Shown piece after piece: positions 27,151 through 42,004 of a stretch of 64,000 nt of DNA. Source of the DNA: Octopus vulgaris (Eukaryota); NCBI GenBank assembly GCA_951406725.2, contig OX597815.1, positions 159,588,001 through 159,652,000 of the forward strand, given 5' to 3'. Both the position numbers and the translations under genes were made by a program. The notes beneath the pieces were generated by a model. That model ran no database searches. It was not told where the DNA came from and was given only the letters and a program-made list of their open reading frames with translations. How positions within the stretch are numbered: the first letter of the stretch is position 1; each line of letters opens with the position of its first letter.

Positions 27151-27711
27151 AGTAGCATGAGTGTTTTCTTTGATTTCTAGATAGAAGCAAAGAAGAAATA
27201 GCACTTATTAAGCAAAAAATTTTTTTAATTTTAATTTTTTTTACACTGTGTATAGCCTTTGATAAATTCTTGTTATTGTAAACGAACGGAATAGTTTGTT
27301 GACCAGTCAATAACTGATGACGTTTTTTAGCAAATAACTGTCTCTACTTCCTCACACCTTCAGTAATGGCTAAGGCTTCCCATTTTTTGTTCTTGTGTAG
27401 TTAATACAACAATCATGTTGCCACAGCTTACCAGCTATGACCACCCTAGATCTGTTAGTCTGAAGAACAAGTACTTCAGTTCCATCAACTGTTCTAAGTA
27501 TAGACTTAAGAAAAGGAAATTTGAAACTTTTACAATTCATTTTCGTCATTATGCTAAAGAATAATGAAAAATTTAAAGAATAGATTCACTTTATCTGAAT
27601 AATATAGAAACCACTTTACAAAGAGAAGCATTAGAATTATTTGGACCATGTTGTAAAGGCTTTTAGTGGAATACATTGAAGAATAAGAATTATAGTGATC
27701 AGCATAGTGAT

Positions 27712-28344
27712 AGACGTAGGAGTGGCTGTGTGGTAAATAGCTTGCTTACCAACCATATGGTTCCGGGTTCAGTCCACTGCGTGGCACCTGGGCAAGTGTC
27801 TTCTACTATAGCCTCGGGCCGACCAAAGCCTTGTGAGTGGATTTGGTAGACGAAAACTGAAAGAAGCCTGTCGTATATATATATATATATTGTATATGTA
27901 TGCATTGTATATATTTGTGTGTCTGTGTTTGTCCTCCCAACATTGCTTGACAACCAATGCTTGTGTGTTTACATTCAATTTGTTTTCATAAGGTACGCAT
28001 TTGTATACTAAAAGCATTAAGGTCACAAGCCAACAAGAGAACCTCTGCGATTGCTCAGACTACTAAAAATAGCAACCAAATATTCCTCAGATAACACCAC
28101 AGTGTTTTAAATAAAAATCATATTAGATAACATATTCATATATAGGCATAGGGGTGGCTGTGTGGTAAGTAGCTTGCTTATGAACCACATGGTTCCGGGT
28201 TCAGTCCTACTGTGTGGCACCTTGGGCAAGTGTCTTCTACTATAGCCTCGGGCCGACCAAAGCCTTGTGAGTGGATTTGGTAGACGGAAACTGAAAGAAG
28301 GCCATCGTGTGTATATATATATATATATATATATTATATGTGTA

Positions 28345-28377
<33 letters not shown>

Positions 28378-28590
28378 GTTTGTGTGTCTGTGTTTGTCCC
28401 CCCAACATCGCTTGACAACCGATGCTGGTGTGTTTATGTCCCCGTAACTTAGCAGTTTGGCAAAAGAGATCGATAGAATAAGTACTAAGCTTACAATGAA
28501 TAAGTCCTGGGGGCGATTTGCTCGACTAAAGGTGGTGCTCCAGCATGGCCACAGTCAAATGACTGAAACAAGTAAAAGAGTAAAAGAGAG
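27712..28590 (+). mobile_element. Two SINE family A copies (27712-27975 truncated; 28144-28590 full)
   Basis: Near-identical heads and bodies. Confidence 0.88.
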
Positions 28591-31285
28591 CATTTGTCTT
28601 GACCTATCATTTAGCACAAGTTCACTGTTTTCAAAGCAATTTCTAACACACATCATTCTGATATAAATCCATAACACAGGCATCCGACGTGCCTTGATCA
28701 TTATATTCAATGATAGGTGTTGGTTTGAAACTACAATCTTGCTTTAGAAGTTGCTAAAGATGAATAAAATCTGAAAAGTTGTTACATATGAGTTATCAAT
28801 AAGTGACAGGAAAAAAAAAAACTGTTTAATATTGGCAGACATCAGATCATTAATACAATCACTATGGACATGATATGATGCAGTATGTTTGTAGATATTT
28901 GTAAACATATAGCTTATTAATATGAATTTTCTTAGCTTCCTTTGTCATGGTGATGTTGGTTACAAAAATATGAAAGCTGCAATCATCATGTGATTATTTT
29001 GCCTGAGCTTGAAAACTAGCTGGAGTAGTATCAACTAATTTTTGGCTGTAAAAATTTAACCATTTTTTTTCTGCTTACAGTTAACTGAAGGAGTTTATTT
29101 TAGTTCACTTTATATTTTCCTTATGCTTGTTGTTTCAGTTTTCTACGTAATACATGCTGTCCAGGGGCAATATGAAAATCAAGTGGAATGATTCCCATGA
29201 TAACATTGCATCTTCTTCTATATTGCTTGTCTTAAAGAATTCTGTACATTCTTGAGCACAAATAGCAAGAACAGTGATAGCTGTGGTAGTAATAGTAGTA
29301 GTAGTGATAGTGGCGTTAACAGTTACAACAATAAAATAGTAAAGCTGTCTCACATGAATCCACCAGAAAATCAAAGGAATTGCTGAATGAATTGTTATGT
29401 AGACAAGAAATTTTTCTAAAAATTTTATTCAATGATTTGAGTTTTCTGCCATTCCTGCTGTCATTTTTTTTATTATTGCTTGATGCTCCAGTACATGTGC
29501 ACTGTGGTTAATATTAGATTTGAAATATTACACATACATGCATAAGATATATTTCATATCACACAACAGAACGATATTGTGTTACTCTTTAAATATGATG
29601 AATGAATCTGAAATACTAGTTGCAGGTGAGTTGGTGGCTAGTTTAATGTGATTGAAAAGGTATTGTGTGTGGTGAGAATGAAACACATGCTGAATGAAAA
29701 CACCTGTAAAGAAAGTAGTAGTGGTAGGCTAATGCAAATTTGTGTAGTATTTAAGTATGATAAGCAGACAAATTCATGGAAGAATTAAATTTATCCAAAT
29801 AATGTCAAGATTGAAAAACAAAAATGATCTCTGCTCTTATGTTGAGAAAATGATGAAGTAGTTTGTACCAAAATGAACCACTCTATCAATTTATTATTGA
29901 GAAATTTGGTGATTGAAATACATCGTTACTTTATAAGGTATATGGTGATTATCTCATTTACTACAGCACATTGCTAGTTGTCAACGAAAATTGTTGAGCT
30001 GTTGTGGTAAGATTTAGTAGTTACTTTAAGTTCTCTGAGTTAGTTGTATTATAAACTCAATATGGTTCTTCAACAATCAATGCCAAAAACTTAGTCCTAA
30101 TAAAGTTATTTGGTTGTCTTTTCTGAAAGTTATGTAGAAAGCATTGCTTGTTGTAGCATTTATTATTTTCTTTTGTAAAATACTTAGTTAAAATACATAC
30201 ATTGTTGATTTTAGAATCACAATAAAAAAAATATACAATTTACCTTTTTTCATCTTTTTTCTAAAGTCTTTACACCTGATTTCATTGGTCAACACAGGCT
30301 GGATTGTTCTGCAATTTACAATATTGGCACAAGTTGTTGAACCTCAAGTTGTTTTGCATAACATCTAAATTCATTTCCTGATGCCAACCATTCAACTATT
30401 AACTGGGAAAAATGCCTATTTTTTCTGGGGTTTTTTCTCATTGTTTTGTTAGAATGACCACACCATGGAAATTCAAAGTCACAATCAAAGTTCAGACTTG
30501 ATAACTTTAAGCTAGTAATCTAAAGGTCTAAATATTTAATCACAGTGCAGTTAAATAAACAGGCCTGTATTTTTTTTTTTTCTTCATGAGAAACTCAACT
30601 CTGTAAATCTATGAGATTATTTTGTTCTAACATGTCATCATCACCATCATCATTTTATCTGCTTTTCTATACCGACATGAGTTCCATCTTTAAAAAGATG
30701 TAACAAACTTTCATTTAGCTTTTTCTTCATTTAGTGTCAAAAGTGCACTTAATGCACTAAATGTTTAAAACAAACTTTACCATCATGTTGTTGGAATTTG
30801 TTTTCATGGCTTAAACAGATTAAATTAACCATATCATATTGATTTCTGACATCAAAAATATTGATTTTTCAACATGACTTGTTTTGACTCGTAAATATGA
30901 TGTTGTTTTATCAAATATTTTGGTCTCTTTTTGCCCTGCTTTTCTGTGACTATTATTTATAAACTAACTATTCTTCAACCTGTTGCTTGCTGAAAGTTCT
31001 GTATTGAGACAGTATGTAATTTTCTGACCCAATCCCATAGTGGAATGATGCATTTTTGTTTTTGTATTCCTGCCTGCAAATTTTCATATGTATATGCATG
31101 TACGAGTGTGTGTGTGTGTGTAAACACACTCCCTCACACATATAAATATATAGTGAATAGATAGGAATAATAGATCCAGGCAGGTAGTGTACAAGCACTT
31201 GAGTATAATCCAAGATATGGCTAGATGCATTGAATGGTAATAACTGTGTAGATATATAACACTCCTTATTTATTTCATTTGTCTT

Positions 31286-31351
<66 letters not shown>

Positions 31352-31942
31352 ATTAGATGAGTTGAAATATGTTTTGTGACATATTTGACCAATGAAAAGG
31401 CTATTTTCACTGTGGCTTGCCATGGGAAAATTTTTCATGTTAGGTAGTAGGTGTGAAAACACCAACAACAAACTGAGGATGCCCTCTGCAGACCAATAAA
31501 TACATTTCTAGAGATTTGGCTACAGGAGAGAGACAACCCTGAAGTTACTTGGAAGCCATAGTATCCTTATAAAAAATCAGTAAAAACTATCAACTGGCTG
31601 TGCAACCAACCCTCTGGCTCAAACCAGATAACCAGCTTCCTTCTATGATGCTCATTTGTCCCCTGCAACCCTCTCCAGTTGTGCATCCTTAATCTTGCAA
31701 ACTCATAGGTGCTGGAGCCATGTAAAAAGCACCTGTACTGGTGCTGCGTAAAAGCACCCAGTACACTCTGTAAAGAGGTTAGCGTTAGGAAGGACATCCA
31801 GGCATATAGACCTTGCCAAAACAGATATGTAGCTTGAACAGTCCTTCAGCTCCTCTCAAACTGTCCAACCCATGCCAGTATAGAAAACAGGCATTAAATG
31901 ATGATGATGATATGTGTGTATGTGTATATATATACATATATA

Positions 31943-32929
31943 CTAGCATTATGACCCGGCGTTGCCGGGTCATAGTGCTAGTGCATGTATATATGTGTAC
32001 ATCTATATATATATATACATCTACACATAAAATACAAAGTTATATCTTGATATCGCTAGTGATAACAATACTCAAAATATATAACAGACTGGAATTGTAG
32101 GCCCGTCTCTTGCAATTTCGATCAATTGTATCTTGTCCTCCCTCTTGTATAGAAGTGTGGCTACAATCCAGCCTACCTCTACTTCTGGGGGGGACATTTT
32201 AAATTTTTATCCGGGACATCCTACGTCCCAGATATAAAGGTAAAAATAAAATATTTCCACTTTGCAAGGTTCGAGTCGAGTACTCCTTTGCACGCTCCGT
32301 TGACTCGAACCTTGCTTCTATTGTGGCGAATTTACCGCCTCTGTTTAGATACTTGATATCTTTCATAGTCGCACCAAGACACTTTTCAATGGTGCTTTCC
32401 TTCAGGTGTTCAAATCTTTTGTTTTTCTCTACATTGTATACTTTAGACAATAATCTTTTCTTTAATTTAATGGACTATTCCATTTCTGCACATTAATTTT
32501 ATTTTTGATTTATTCCCATTCATGTGAAACCATTTATTTAAGTTCAAGTCATTGATGCAATTTTATACCAATTGCTATTTTTACTTTTGTTATGTTACGA
32601 TTATATTATACTTTAGTTTGATTTTAATTATTACTCACTACATATAATTCAATTGTTATTATTATTTTTATTGTTAAAGTGAAAGCATCTGACATAAAAT
32701 AGAGAAATGGTTTTGTTTCACTTTTAACACGTAATACTGAAATAGTGGAGAAGATATGATATTGCTATGGGCTCGCTCTAGGCAAGAAGTTGAACATTTT
32801 TTTTTGCCGATGACACTCCCCGGACGCTAAGTAAGGCATGTGTAAAATTTGAATGAAATTGGTTTTGTAGTTCTCAAGTTTTAGGGAAACACACAGACAG
32901 CCACACATTCTCAGTTTTATATATATAGA
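31943..32929 (-). mobile_element. Non-autonomous Helitron with a captured ORF fragment
   Basis: CTAG and palindromic hairpin at 31942-31982; other end agttttatatatataga (minus-strand 5' TC), as in the 3377 element. Confidence 0.8.
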
Positions 32930-33140
32930 GATTAGCCTTTAGTATTTAAACCAGTTGTATCCAGTCAAAATATTCTACTTGCTTTATATTTAAACTGACC
33001 AAATCTGGCTCCTCTATCTTTCTCCACAATGTTTAAAACAATAACATTTTCATCACTGAAATCTTGAAGCTAAAAGATAATTCATGATTCATTCAATCCC
33101 TAAACTCTATTATTATTTTAGGCTTTTTAAAGGTTTAGTC

Positions 33141-33441
33141 CAGTGGTTCTCAACTGGCATCCACACGACCGTTGGGGTTCGTAGTGGGGTCCATACAAAA
33201 TTTTGTTGTTAATGTGCAATAAATTGGTTCTATTTCTACTATAACAATTTTTTATACACTTCCTAATAATATTTACTTATGAAAATATAATAGGCACAGG
33301 AGTGGCTGTGTGGTAAGTAGCTTGCTTACCAACCACATGGTAAGTGTCTTCTACTATAGCCTCGGGCCAACCAAAATCTTGTGAGTGGATTTGGTAGACA
33401 GAAACTGGAAGAAGCCCGTCGTATATATGTATATTTCTATA

Positions 33442-33478
<37 letters not shown>

Positions 33479-33489
33479 GTATATATGTG

Positions 33490-33522
<33 letters not shown>

Positions 33523-33832
33523 TTGTATGTCTGTGTTTGTCCCCCCAACACTGCTTGTCAACTAATGCTGGTGTGTTTACATCCCCGTAACGTAGCAGTT
33601 CGGCAAAAAAAGAGACCGATTGAATAAGTACTAGGCTTACGAAGAATAAGTCCTGGCGTCGATTTGCTCGACTAAAGATGGTGCTCCAGCATGGCCGCAG
33701 TCAAATGACTGAAACAAGTAAAAGAGTAAAAGAGATGAGTTTTTTTTTAAACATTTAATGAGTATGAAGGCTCACTAGAGGAAAATAGCAATCAAAGGGG
33801 TCCAGAGACAAAAAAATAGTTGAGAAACACTG
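33141..33832 (+). mobile_element. hAT (Charlie-like) MITE with a nested SINE family A (33291-33735)
   Basis: TIRs cagtggttctcaac and gttgagaaacactg; flanking 8-mers gtttagtc and gttcactc match 6/8 (degenerate target-site duplication). Confidence 0.75.
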
Positions 33833-34183
33833 GTTCACTCAATTATATTGATCCCAGTATTTGTATTGAAACCTGGTAACTCTTCTATGAATCTCTTTGG
33901 TGAACCACTATGTTGGGGGCGGGGGCGCACTTGCACACATGCATGCACATACACGCACGTACATAGATATACATACACACATGCAGGTTTCCATGCAGTT
34001 TCTGTTTGTTAAATTTCCCCTCACAAGCATTAAGGCTGTTGTTAAAGAGGTTTGCTGAAGGTGTCTCATTGTGGGACCAAACCCAAAACCACATGGTTTG
34101 CAAAACAGACCTTTTTGACCACACAGACAGGCATGCACACATAGCTGTGCAGTCAAAAAGTTCATTTTGGAACCATGTGTGTG

Positions 34184-34224
<41 letters not shown>

Positions 34225-34225
<1 letters not shown>

Positions 34226-34600
34226 TACCAACCACATGATCCTGGGTTCAGTTCCACTGCGTGGCAACTTGGGAGTGTGTCTTCTACTATAACCTCGGAC
34301 CAACCAAAGCCTTGCGAGTGGATTTGGTAGATGGAAACTGGAAGAAGCCTGTCGTACATGTATATATATGTATATGTATGTGTCTATATATCTTTGTGTA
34401 TCTGTGTTTGTCCCCCACAATGTAGCTTGACAACCGATGCTGGTGTGTTTAGGTCCCCATAACTTAGCAGTTTGGCAAAAGAGACTGATAGAATAAGTAC
34501 TAGGCTTACAAAGAATGAGCTCTGGGGTCGATTTGCTCGACTAAAGGTGGCGCTCCAGCATGGCCGCAGTCAAACGACTGAAACAAGTAAAAGAGTAAAG
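34225..34600 (+). mobile_element. SINE family A copy, head-to-head with a diverged inverted copy at ~33990-34150
   Basis: Family A body and tail. Confidence 0.85.
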
Positions 34601-36145
34601 GGTATACTTAAAAATATTCATTTTATATACTTCTGTATAAAATCAATTGCACAGGATCTTTTTCAAAGCCCCACTTTGTAAGGTGGAATAATATTGATGT
34701 CTGAAACATTACTGGAATTAAGAGATATTGTGTTATACTGTATATATATTTTTAGAGAAAAGGAGCTGCTTTTAACATTACTTTAGAATATAAAAATCCT
34801 TTTATTCCCATTATTTATTCTATTTCCCCAATTTTATCAGCTTCCTTTTTCTATCAAATTATTATATTGGACCAGATTATTGAATTTCTTTCTCACGAGT
34901 GGGCCTATTTGTTTAAAATTGTAATGTTAGATTTTATCAAAGAACTTTTCCTTATGGGAAATCTCTGCATGAGATTGAAGGTTGTTATCTTTTGAAATGA
35001 AACTTTCGAATAAAAGGAAAAAAAAAAAAAATAGAATAAAATAAATAAATTCCATGTGAAAATTAAACAAAAAAAAAAGAAAGCAAAAATGCATTAAAGT
35101 TTATTCATTTACTTATTGTGAAAGGAAGATTTTATTTTATTTTATTTTCAGTTTCAGAAACTGCACTTTTATGAAAACATCTGAGTGTTATGACTTCAGA
35201 GAATGTAAGAAAGAATGTGCGAAACTGATATAACACTCCAGCTGGCTCTGTTTCTGTATTCATTGATTTTGTGAACTAATTCTGCTGTTATTTCATTTCA
35301 CATTGTTTAAGGTACAGTTGCTGAAGACTGGTCCTGACACTTCCCATACCATACACTTTTGTCATGTCTATTACTCTACCAAATTATCAGCCATTCTTTG
35401 CATTTTGCAGAGGTATTTTATGAGAAGAATGATGCATTGGAAATATGCTTTAAAATATGTAGGAAAATCAATCAAAACGAACGTTGCCGTTTAATTAAAG
35501 CAAGTGACAGTGGATATCTAGAGTTCAGCGGATCATCCAGCCATCAATGTGTGATATTGATCTTTATGATAGAGCGTTATTTATGACATTTTGGAATTTT
35601 ATGACTTGTCAGAAGGAGTTTTAGTACTGTCAGGACAAAATGTTAATAACAGTAGAAGGGTCTTGGAGGGAGTGGGATTTCTATTATACAAGCTTCACTG
35701 GTTACTGTTTCTAAGTCATGCCACGGTATTGAGAATAGAAAAACAATACTGTGTGTGTGCATGTGTGTGATGCTACTCAAAATAAGGTTATTTAAACCTA
35801 AACTTCACCTATGCAGATATAATTAGTTTCTAAAGAGAGAGAGCAAGCAGGTAGTAAATGTCAAAATGATAGAAGCCCAATGAACAACTGGATTGTTTAC
35901 TGCTCAAAGATCACATCATTCTGAACAATGGCAAAGAAACAGCACAAATAATCAGTATTAATAAATCATAAAAACATGCTCCCGTTCTACTCATAGATTC
36001 TCTAATAACTAAAATGTAACTGAATTTCTTTTCTTTTATTGTTACTTCCAACAAACAGTGATGAGAGTAAAACTGATTTAATATATATACTTAATGATAT
36101 TTATGTGTATGTATGTATAAATGTGTGTATGTATGTGTGTGTGTG

Positions 36146-36181
<36 letters not shown>

Positions 36182-36525
36182 CTAGCAGTATTGCCTGACG
36201 TTGCTCGGGTTTGTTTCGAATCTTTAGAATTGAAATTTTTGAAAAGTAAAAATTTTGCATTATATAGCTGGTTATTCTCTTTAAGTGAACATCTTTCTGG
36301 TTGAAATACACTGAAAAATGGTGACACAGCAGTCAAAAAATAAATTATGGTGTTAACATGGTCTGATTTGAAATTTTTCTTCTACGGAAGGAAGAGTTAG
36401 CCTTCTTCTATCATACTCTTAATTTTGGTCAACTTGCGCCGCAGGGTCTCGGAGGAGATAGTGTTGTGTTAGTTGAAGGCTACCAAACCTGCCATACACA
36501 GACAACTTCAACTTTATATATATAT
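36182..36525 (-). mobile_element. Short non-autonomous Helitron
   Basis: ctagcagtattgcctgacgttgctcggg end nearly matches the 3377 element; the other end merges into (TA)n. Confidence 0.75.
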
Positions 36526-36547
36526 ATATATACACATATATATATGC

Positions 36548-36883
36548 TGAGACCCCCTTCGATCATGACTGACCATTGGGTTGCACCTAGAAAGTTACCA
36601 TCCCAGGCACAAGTCTGGGCACGGTTGTTTATGGAAGACCAGCAGTCGCCCGTGCATACCGGCCTCCCCTCTCTACGCCACCAGTGTTATCCAAGGGAAA
36701 AGCAAAGGCCAATACAGTTTGGCACCAGTAATGACATAACTCATTTCTTCAGTTGAGTGAACTGGAGCAATGTGAAATAAAGTGTCTTAATCAAGAACAC
36801 AGCATGCAGCCTGGTCCGGGATTCGAACTCATAATCTCATGATCATAAGATCGACGCTCTAACCACTGAGCCATGCGCCTTCA
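36548..36883 (-). mobile_element. SINE family B copy
   Basis: gagacccccttcg...ctctaaccactgagccatgcgccttc. Confidence 0.88.
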
Positions 36884-38689
36884 TATATATATTGTTAATG
36901 TGTGTATGTATGTGTGCCCCACTGCCACTTGACAACTAGTGTTGGTGTGTTTACATCTCTGTAACTTAGCATTTTGGCAAAGAGGCTGATAGAATAAGTA
37001 CCAGGCTTAAAAAAATAAATAAATAAGTATTGGGGCCATTTCATTCGACTAAAAAACAAAAGTTCAAGGTGGTGAGTGCCCCAGCATGGCTGCAGTCAAA
37101 TGACTGAAACAAGTAACATGTTGGTCTTGTCATATGAATTTGAACTGTGACTGTGTTTTCATTGAACTTTCCTTGCTACTGTTGCTCTAAAAGTCAAAAC
37201 TAATATAAAAATATGAGTTAACCCAAACAATGGACTATTCCAAGCATATACCATAAAAAGCAAGAATGTGTTCTTGCTGCGAGAGCTTCTTCACTCACTT
37301 TTATAAATTTCTGTGTTGCTTATAAAGTTTTGTGTACTCCTACTTGATTTATTTCTTCTTATTAAGAGCTGTTCCTTTCAGCAAGATACAACATTAACAG
37401 ACTTCATAATTCATTAAATTCTCTGAAGTGTCATGTGGATTTCACCCCCAGAAACTCTTCTCTATTACTCTTTAATTAATCTATTGTTGATCTTCATTAT
37501 TGTCAAAACACTTTGCCTGAAATTATGCCAGTTTCTCAAACAATATTTTTTCTGTTATTAGTTAATTAGTGAATATTTAGAAAGATTACATAGATGTCTG
37601 TTTAGAATCATTCACAGTAACACTGAAGTACTATAGTATAAATTTTATTTATCTACATACGTATTTGTGTCTGTCTCTCAAACTTTCTATCTATCTATCT
37701 GGCCAAGTTCCTTTCAAGCATTGGGCCTTATGGAAGCAAAGTGGCTGAGCACCTTTCAAGTGTTGAGCCTCACAGAGGCAATGATTGAGACCTTTGGCTT
37801 TATGCTATGCTTGAGAAGAGGACCCATCAAGCCAAGCAAAATTGCAGTCATCTCGGAAAAGCATCCATTACACTCTTGGAGTGGTTGGTGTTAGGAAGAG
37901 CATCCAGCTGTAGAAACACTGCCAGATCAGACTGGGGTCTGATGCAGCCTTCCATCTTACCAGCCCTCATCAAATCCATGCCAGCATGAACAATGGATGT
38001 TAAATGATGATGTACCTGTACCCACTTACCTATCTACCTACTTACCTACATATATACGTACGTACAAACATACAATGTACATTGATATACACATCTATCT
38101 TTTATATTTTGTGTTGTGGTCATTTGACTGCAACCGTGCAGGGGCACTGCTTTAAGGGTTTAGTTGAGCAAACTGACCCCAGTGTTTATTTTTAAGCCAA
38201 GTACTTATTCTATCAGTCTCTTTTGCCAAACTTCTAAGGTACAGGGATGTAAACAGACCATCAATAGTTGCCAAGTGGTGGTGTGTGACAAAGATATGCA
38301 TAGATATATGCACACACATACACTCACACACACACACACACACCATCATCATCATCATTGTCGTCATCGTCGTCATCTTCATTCAATGTCCATTTTCTAT
38401 GCTGGCTTGAGTTTGATAGTTTGACTGGAACTGGCTGGCAATCCAGAGGGCTGCTCCAGGTCCCAGTTGTCTGTTTTGACAAGTTTTCCATGGCTACATG
38501 CGCTTCCCAATGCCATTCACTTTATAGTGTTCTGGGTGTCTTTACATGGTGCTGCCATAAGTGCCTTGTATGTGGCTCCAGCACAGGTACTTTTTATGTG
38601 ACACCAGCAGCTTAGTATATAGTGTTACAGCAGTACAGTGCTTGGACATCACTGAGTATTGCTGCTAGTTCATTAATGAATGAAAATAT

Positions 38690-39040
38690 TTCTTTTACTT
38701 GTTTTGGTCATTTGACTGCAGCCATGCTGGAACACCAGCTTAAAGGGTTTTAGTCGAAGAAGTTGACCCCATTTTTTGTTAGCCTAGTACTTATTCTATC
38801 GAGTCTTTTTGCTAAACTGCTAAGTTATGGGAACATTAACACATCAGCATCGATTGTCAAGCAATGGAGGTGGAGGACAAACACACACACATATATACAT
38901 ACAATGGGCTGCTTGCAGTTTCTGTCTACCGAATCCACTCACAAGGCTTGAGGCTATAGTAGAAGACACTTGTCCAAGGTGCCACACTGGGACTGAACCC
39001 AGAACCATGTGGTTGGGAAGCAAGCCACACAGCCATACCT
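38690..39040 (-). mobile_element. SINE family A copy, inverted
   Basis: Reverse complement of the family A tail-to-head sequence. Confidence 0.8.
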
Positions 39041-40847
39041 GTACCTTTCATCTACTCTTTTACTTATTTCAGTCATGCTGGAGCACCGCCTTTTAAGATT
39101 TTTTATTTCCAAAATATATTTTTCATCATCATCATCATTCAACAGCTGTTGTCTATGCTGGCATGGATTGGACGGTTTGACCAGAGCTGTTAAGCTGGAA
39201 GGCTGCACCAGACTCCAGTCTGATTTGGCATGGTTTTCTACAGCTGGATGTCATTCTTAATGTCAACCACTCCAAGAGTGTTATGGGTGCTTTTACATGC
39301 CACAGGCAAGGGTTCCATTTGCATGACACTGATATCTGCCATGACTACGATTTTGCTTGGCTTGATGAGTCTTCTCAAGCACAACATAATACCAAAGGTC
39401 TCAGTCACTGCCTCAGCCACTTTGCCTCTGTGTGGAAAATATACATCACTCATTACGAACCTGTGAGGAAAATATACATCACTCATTACGAACAAAATTT
39501 CTTTTCATAATAACTAATTAATCATTCTTGAAAATCCATTTCCCTTTCTTGAAAGTATGACAACAAAATGATATTGTCTTTGAGCTTGTTGAAATGATGT
39601 TTCCCTAAACAGATTTTCAACTTCATAGGTGGTGCAAAACCGTGGCATGCAACTTCAAACACACACACACACTTTTATTGTTTAACTTTTACTTGCTTCA
39701 GTCATTGTGTGTATTTGTGTGATGGACAACTTTTAGTTTCTGTCTGCCAAATCCACTCACAAGATCTTTGTTGGCTCATGGCTATAGTAGAAGAAACTTG
39801 CCCAAGGTGCCATACTAAGACTTTTCTCAGAAGCAAGCTTCTTACTAAGTGGCTACACCTATGTCTGTACTTTTTATATATGTAGATTTTATCAAAACTT
39901 ACCATTACATTTAACTTCAGCCAGAGAATACCATAACCAATTTATGCACTGGAATTTATTATCTGTTATACATTTGAGTTCTATTAAACTAATGGCATTT
40001 ATTTAGCTATTGTTAGCTTTATGGTTTGTAATATATATGAATGTATAATTAATTTTGCAAGTTAAAAAACAAATTTAGACATTTGGACACATAACCACAC
40101 ATACAAACTTTGCACGTTTATTTGCATATCTGTTCATATTAAACAAATTAGGATTCATTTTGCTGTTATAGTTCTTTGGAATGTATGTCAGTATGTGTCT
40201 GGAATAATTCTCACTGTTATTGGGGAACAGGCTGCTATAAGTGTATATATTTCTGCATTAAATTTTGCATGGAAAGTATCTTTCATTTTCAAATTTTAAA
40301 ATTATTCAAACCGTGTTTGATAAGGACAAATTTTCATACATTTTGAATACATTGAATATATTGCCTATTCAAATTTTCATTTAAATTGAACTTTAGACAT
40401 GACAGGTTGACAAGAATAATAAGCAATTAAGAATATATGATTTGCATGAATTTGTTTTAATTATTTTGCTTAATGGAATTAATATATTTATAACTAAAAC
40501 ACATGAGAAGAGGATTAAAATAGTCTAATTTTGTTATCATTTCATTTATGCAAATGAAATTAAGGTGCTGTAGCTTGCTTATTCTGCTAGAACATTAAGT
40601 AAATTTGGATGCATTGCTGCTTTTTTTTTAATTCTCACTTCAAATTTAATTTAAATTTATTTAGGTGGCTGTGCAGTTAGAAGTTTACTTCCAAACCACA
40701 TGGTTCTGCGTTCATGTTCCACTGTGTAGTACCATGGACAAATGCCTTTTTGCTATAGCTCTGAACTAAACAAAGCATTGTGAGTGGATTTGGTAGATGG
40801 AAACTAAAAGCTCATTGTGTGTGTATATATATCTCTCTCTTCCCCCG

Positions 40848-41910
40848 TCTGTCTTGATAGACAATGGGTCGCGCCAAGGGTGGGGCCTACTTTGATGATG
40901 AGCAGCGTCTGCTGTGACTGAACAGTCCAATTCTAGAGTGGCAGTCCCTGGTACAGTTGCTGCACACGAACATCGATGGGCACGTGTGGGGTGTTGCTGC
41001 AGTTGTCCTCCTCCTGTCCCGCCTGTCCAACCACAGCTGTGCTCTCCTTTCCTCAGCCATGGAAACGCCTTTCCTCACTGTCTGATGCCAGGCAGAGCAG
41101 TCAGCAGTTGTTACCTCCCACGTGTCCACACAGATGTTGGCAGTCCTCAGGTCGCGCTTGCGCACATCCCTGTATCGTAGCTGTGGACGTCCCTTGGGTT
41201 GGGATCCCGTGGTGAGTTCGCTGTACAGGATGTCTTTAGGCATGCGACCGTCCTGCATGCGGCAGACGTGTCCGAGCCAGCGCAGTCATCTCTGCACGAG
41301 GAGGGCATGCATGCTTGGCATATTAGTCTGTTCTAGGATGACTCCGTTTGGTACTCGGTCCTTCCAGGAGATGCCAGTGATCCGTCGAAGACACCGCATG
41401 TGGAAGCCGCTGAGGCGGCATTCTTGTCGGGTGTATGTTGTCCAGCTCTCGCTGCCGTAGAGTAGGGTGCTCAGCACGCAGGCTCGGTACACTGCGATCT
41501 TGGTGGTTATTGTGAGCATGTTGTTTTCCCACACTCTCCTGGAGAGCTTAGCCATGGCAGCAGCAGCCTTCCCAATCCGTCTGTTCAGCTCCGGCTTGAG
41601 GGACAGGCTGTTGGAGACCGTCGATCCCAGGTAAGTGAACTCGTTCACCACCTGCAAGCTGTGGTCGCCGACACTGATGCTGGGGACCCCTCCGACGTCC
41701 TGGCCCATGATCTCTGTCTTTTTCAGGCCGATGGTAAGGCCGAACTCTTGGCAGGCATCCGCCAGGGTGCTGACCAGCCTCTGGAGACCCGGCTGGTTGT
41801 GTGATGTTAGGGCGGCATCGTCAGCAAAGAGGATCTCTGATCAGCACCTGACGGACTTTGGTCTTAGCTCTGAGGCGTGCAAGATTGAACAATCCACCAT
41901 CAGCCCTGGT
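40848..41910 (-). mobile_element. 5'-truncated RTE-clade LINE (RT C-terminal part and terminal zinc finger)
   Basis: FTYLGSTVS...ELNRRIGKA, VYRACVLSTLLYGSESW, GRMPKDILYSEL...GRPQLRYRD and CSNCTRDCHSRIGLFSHSRRC are typical of RTE ORF2; GC-rich with few disablements. Confidence 0.92.
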
Positions 41911-41912
41911 GG

Positions 41913-41944
<32 letters not shown>

Positions 41945-42004
41945 ATGTACGTACATACATACATACATATATACATACATACATATATATATGTGTATTT
42001 ATGT

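Noticed and set aside
39431-39493. ~31-bp tandem duplication
   Set aside because: Ordinary local slippage at a repeat boundary.
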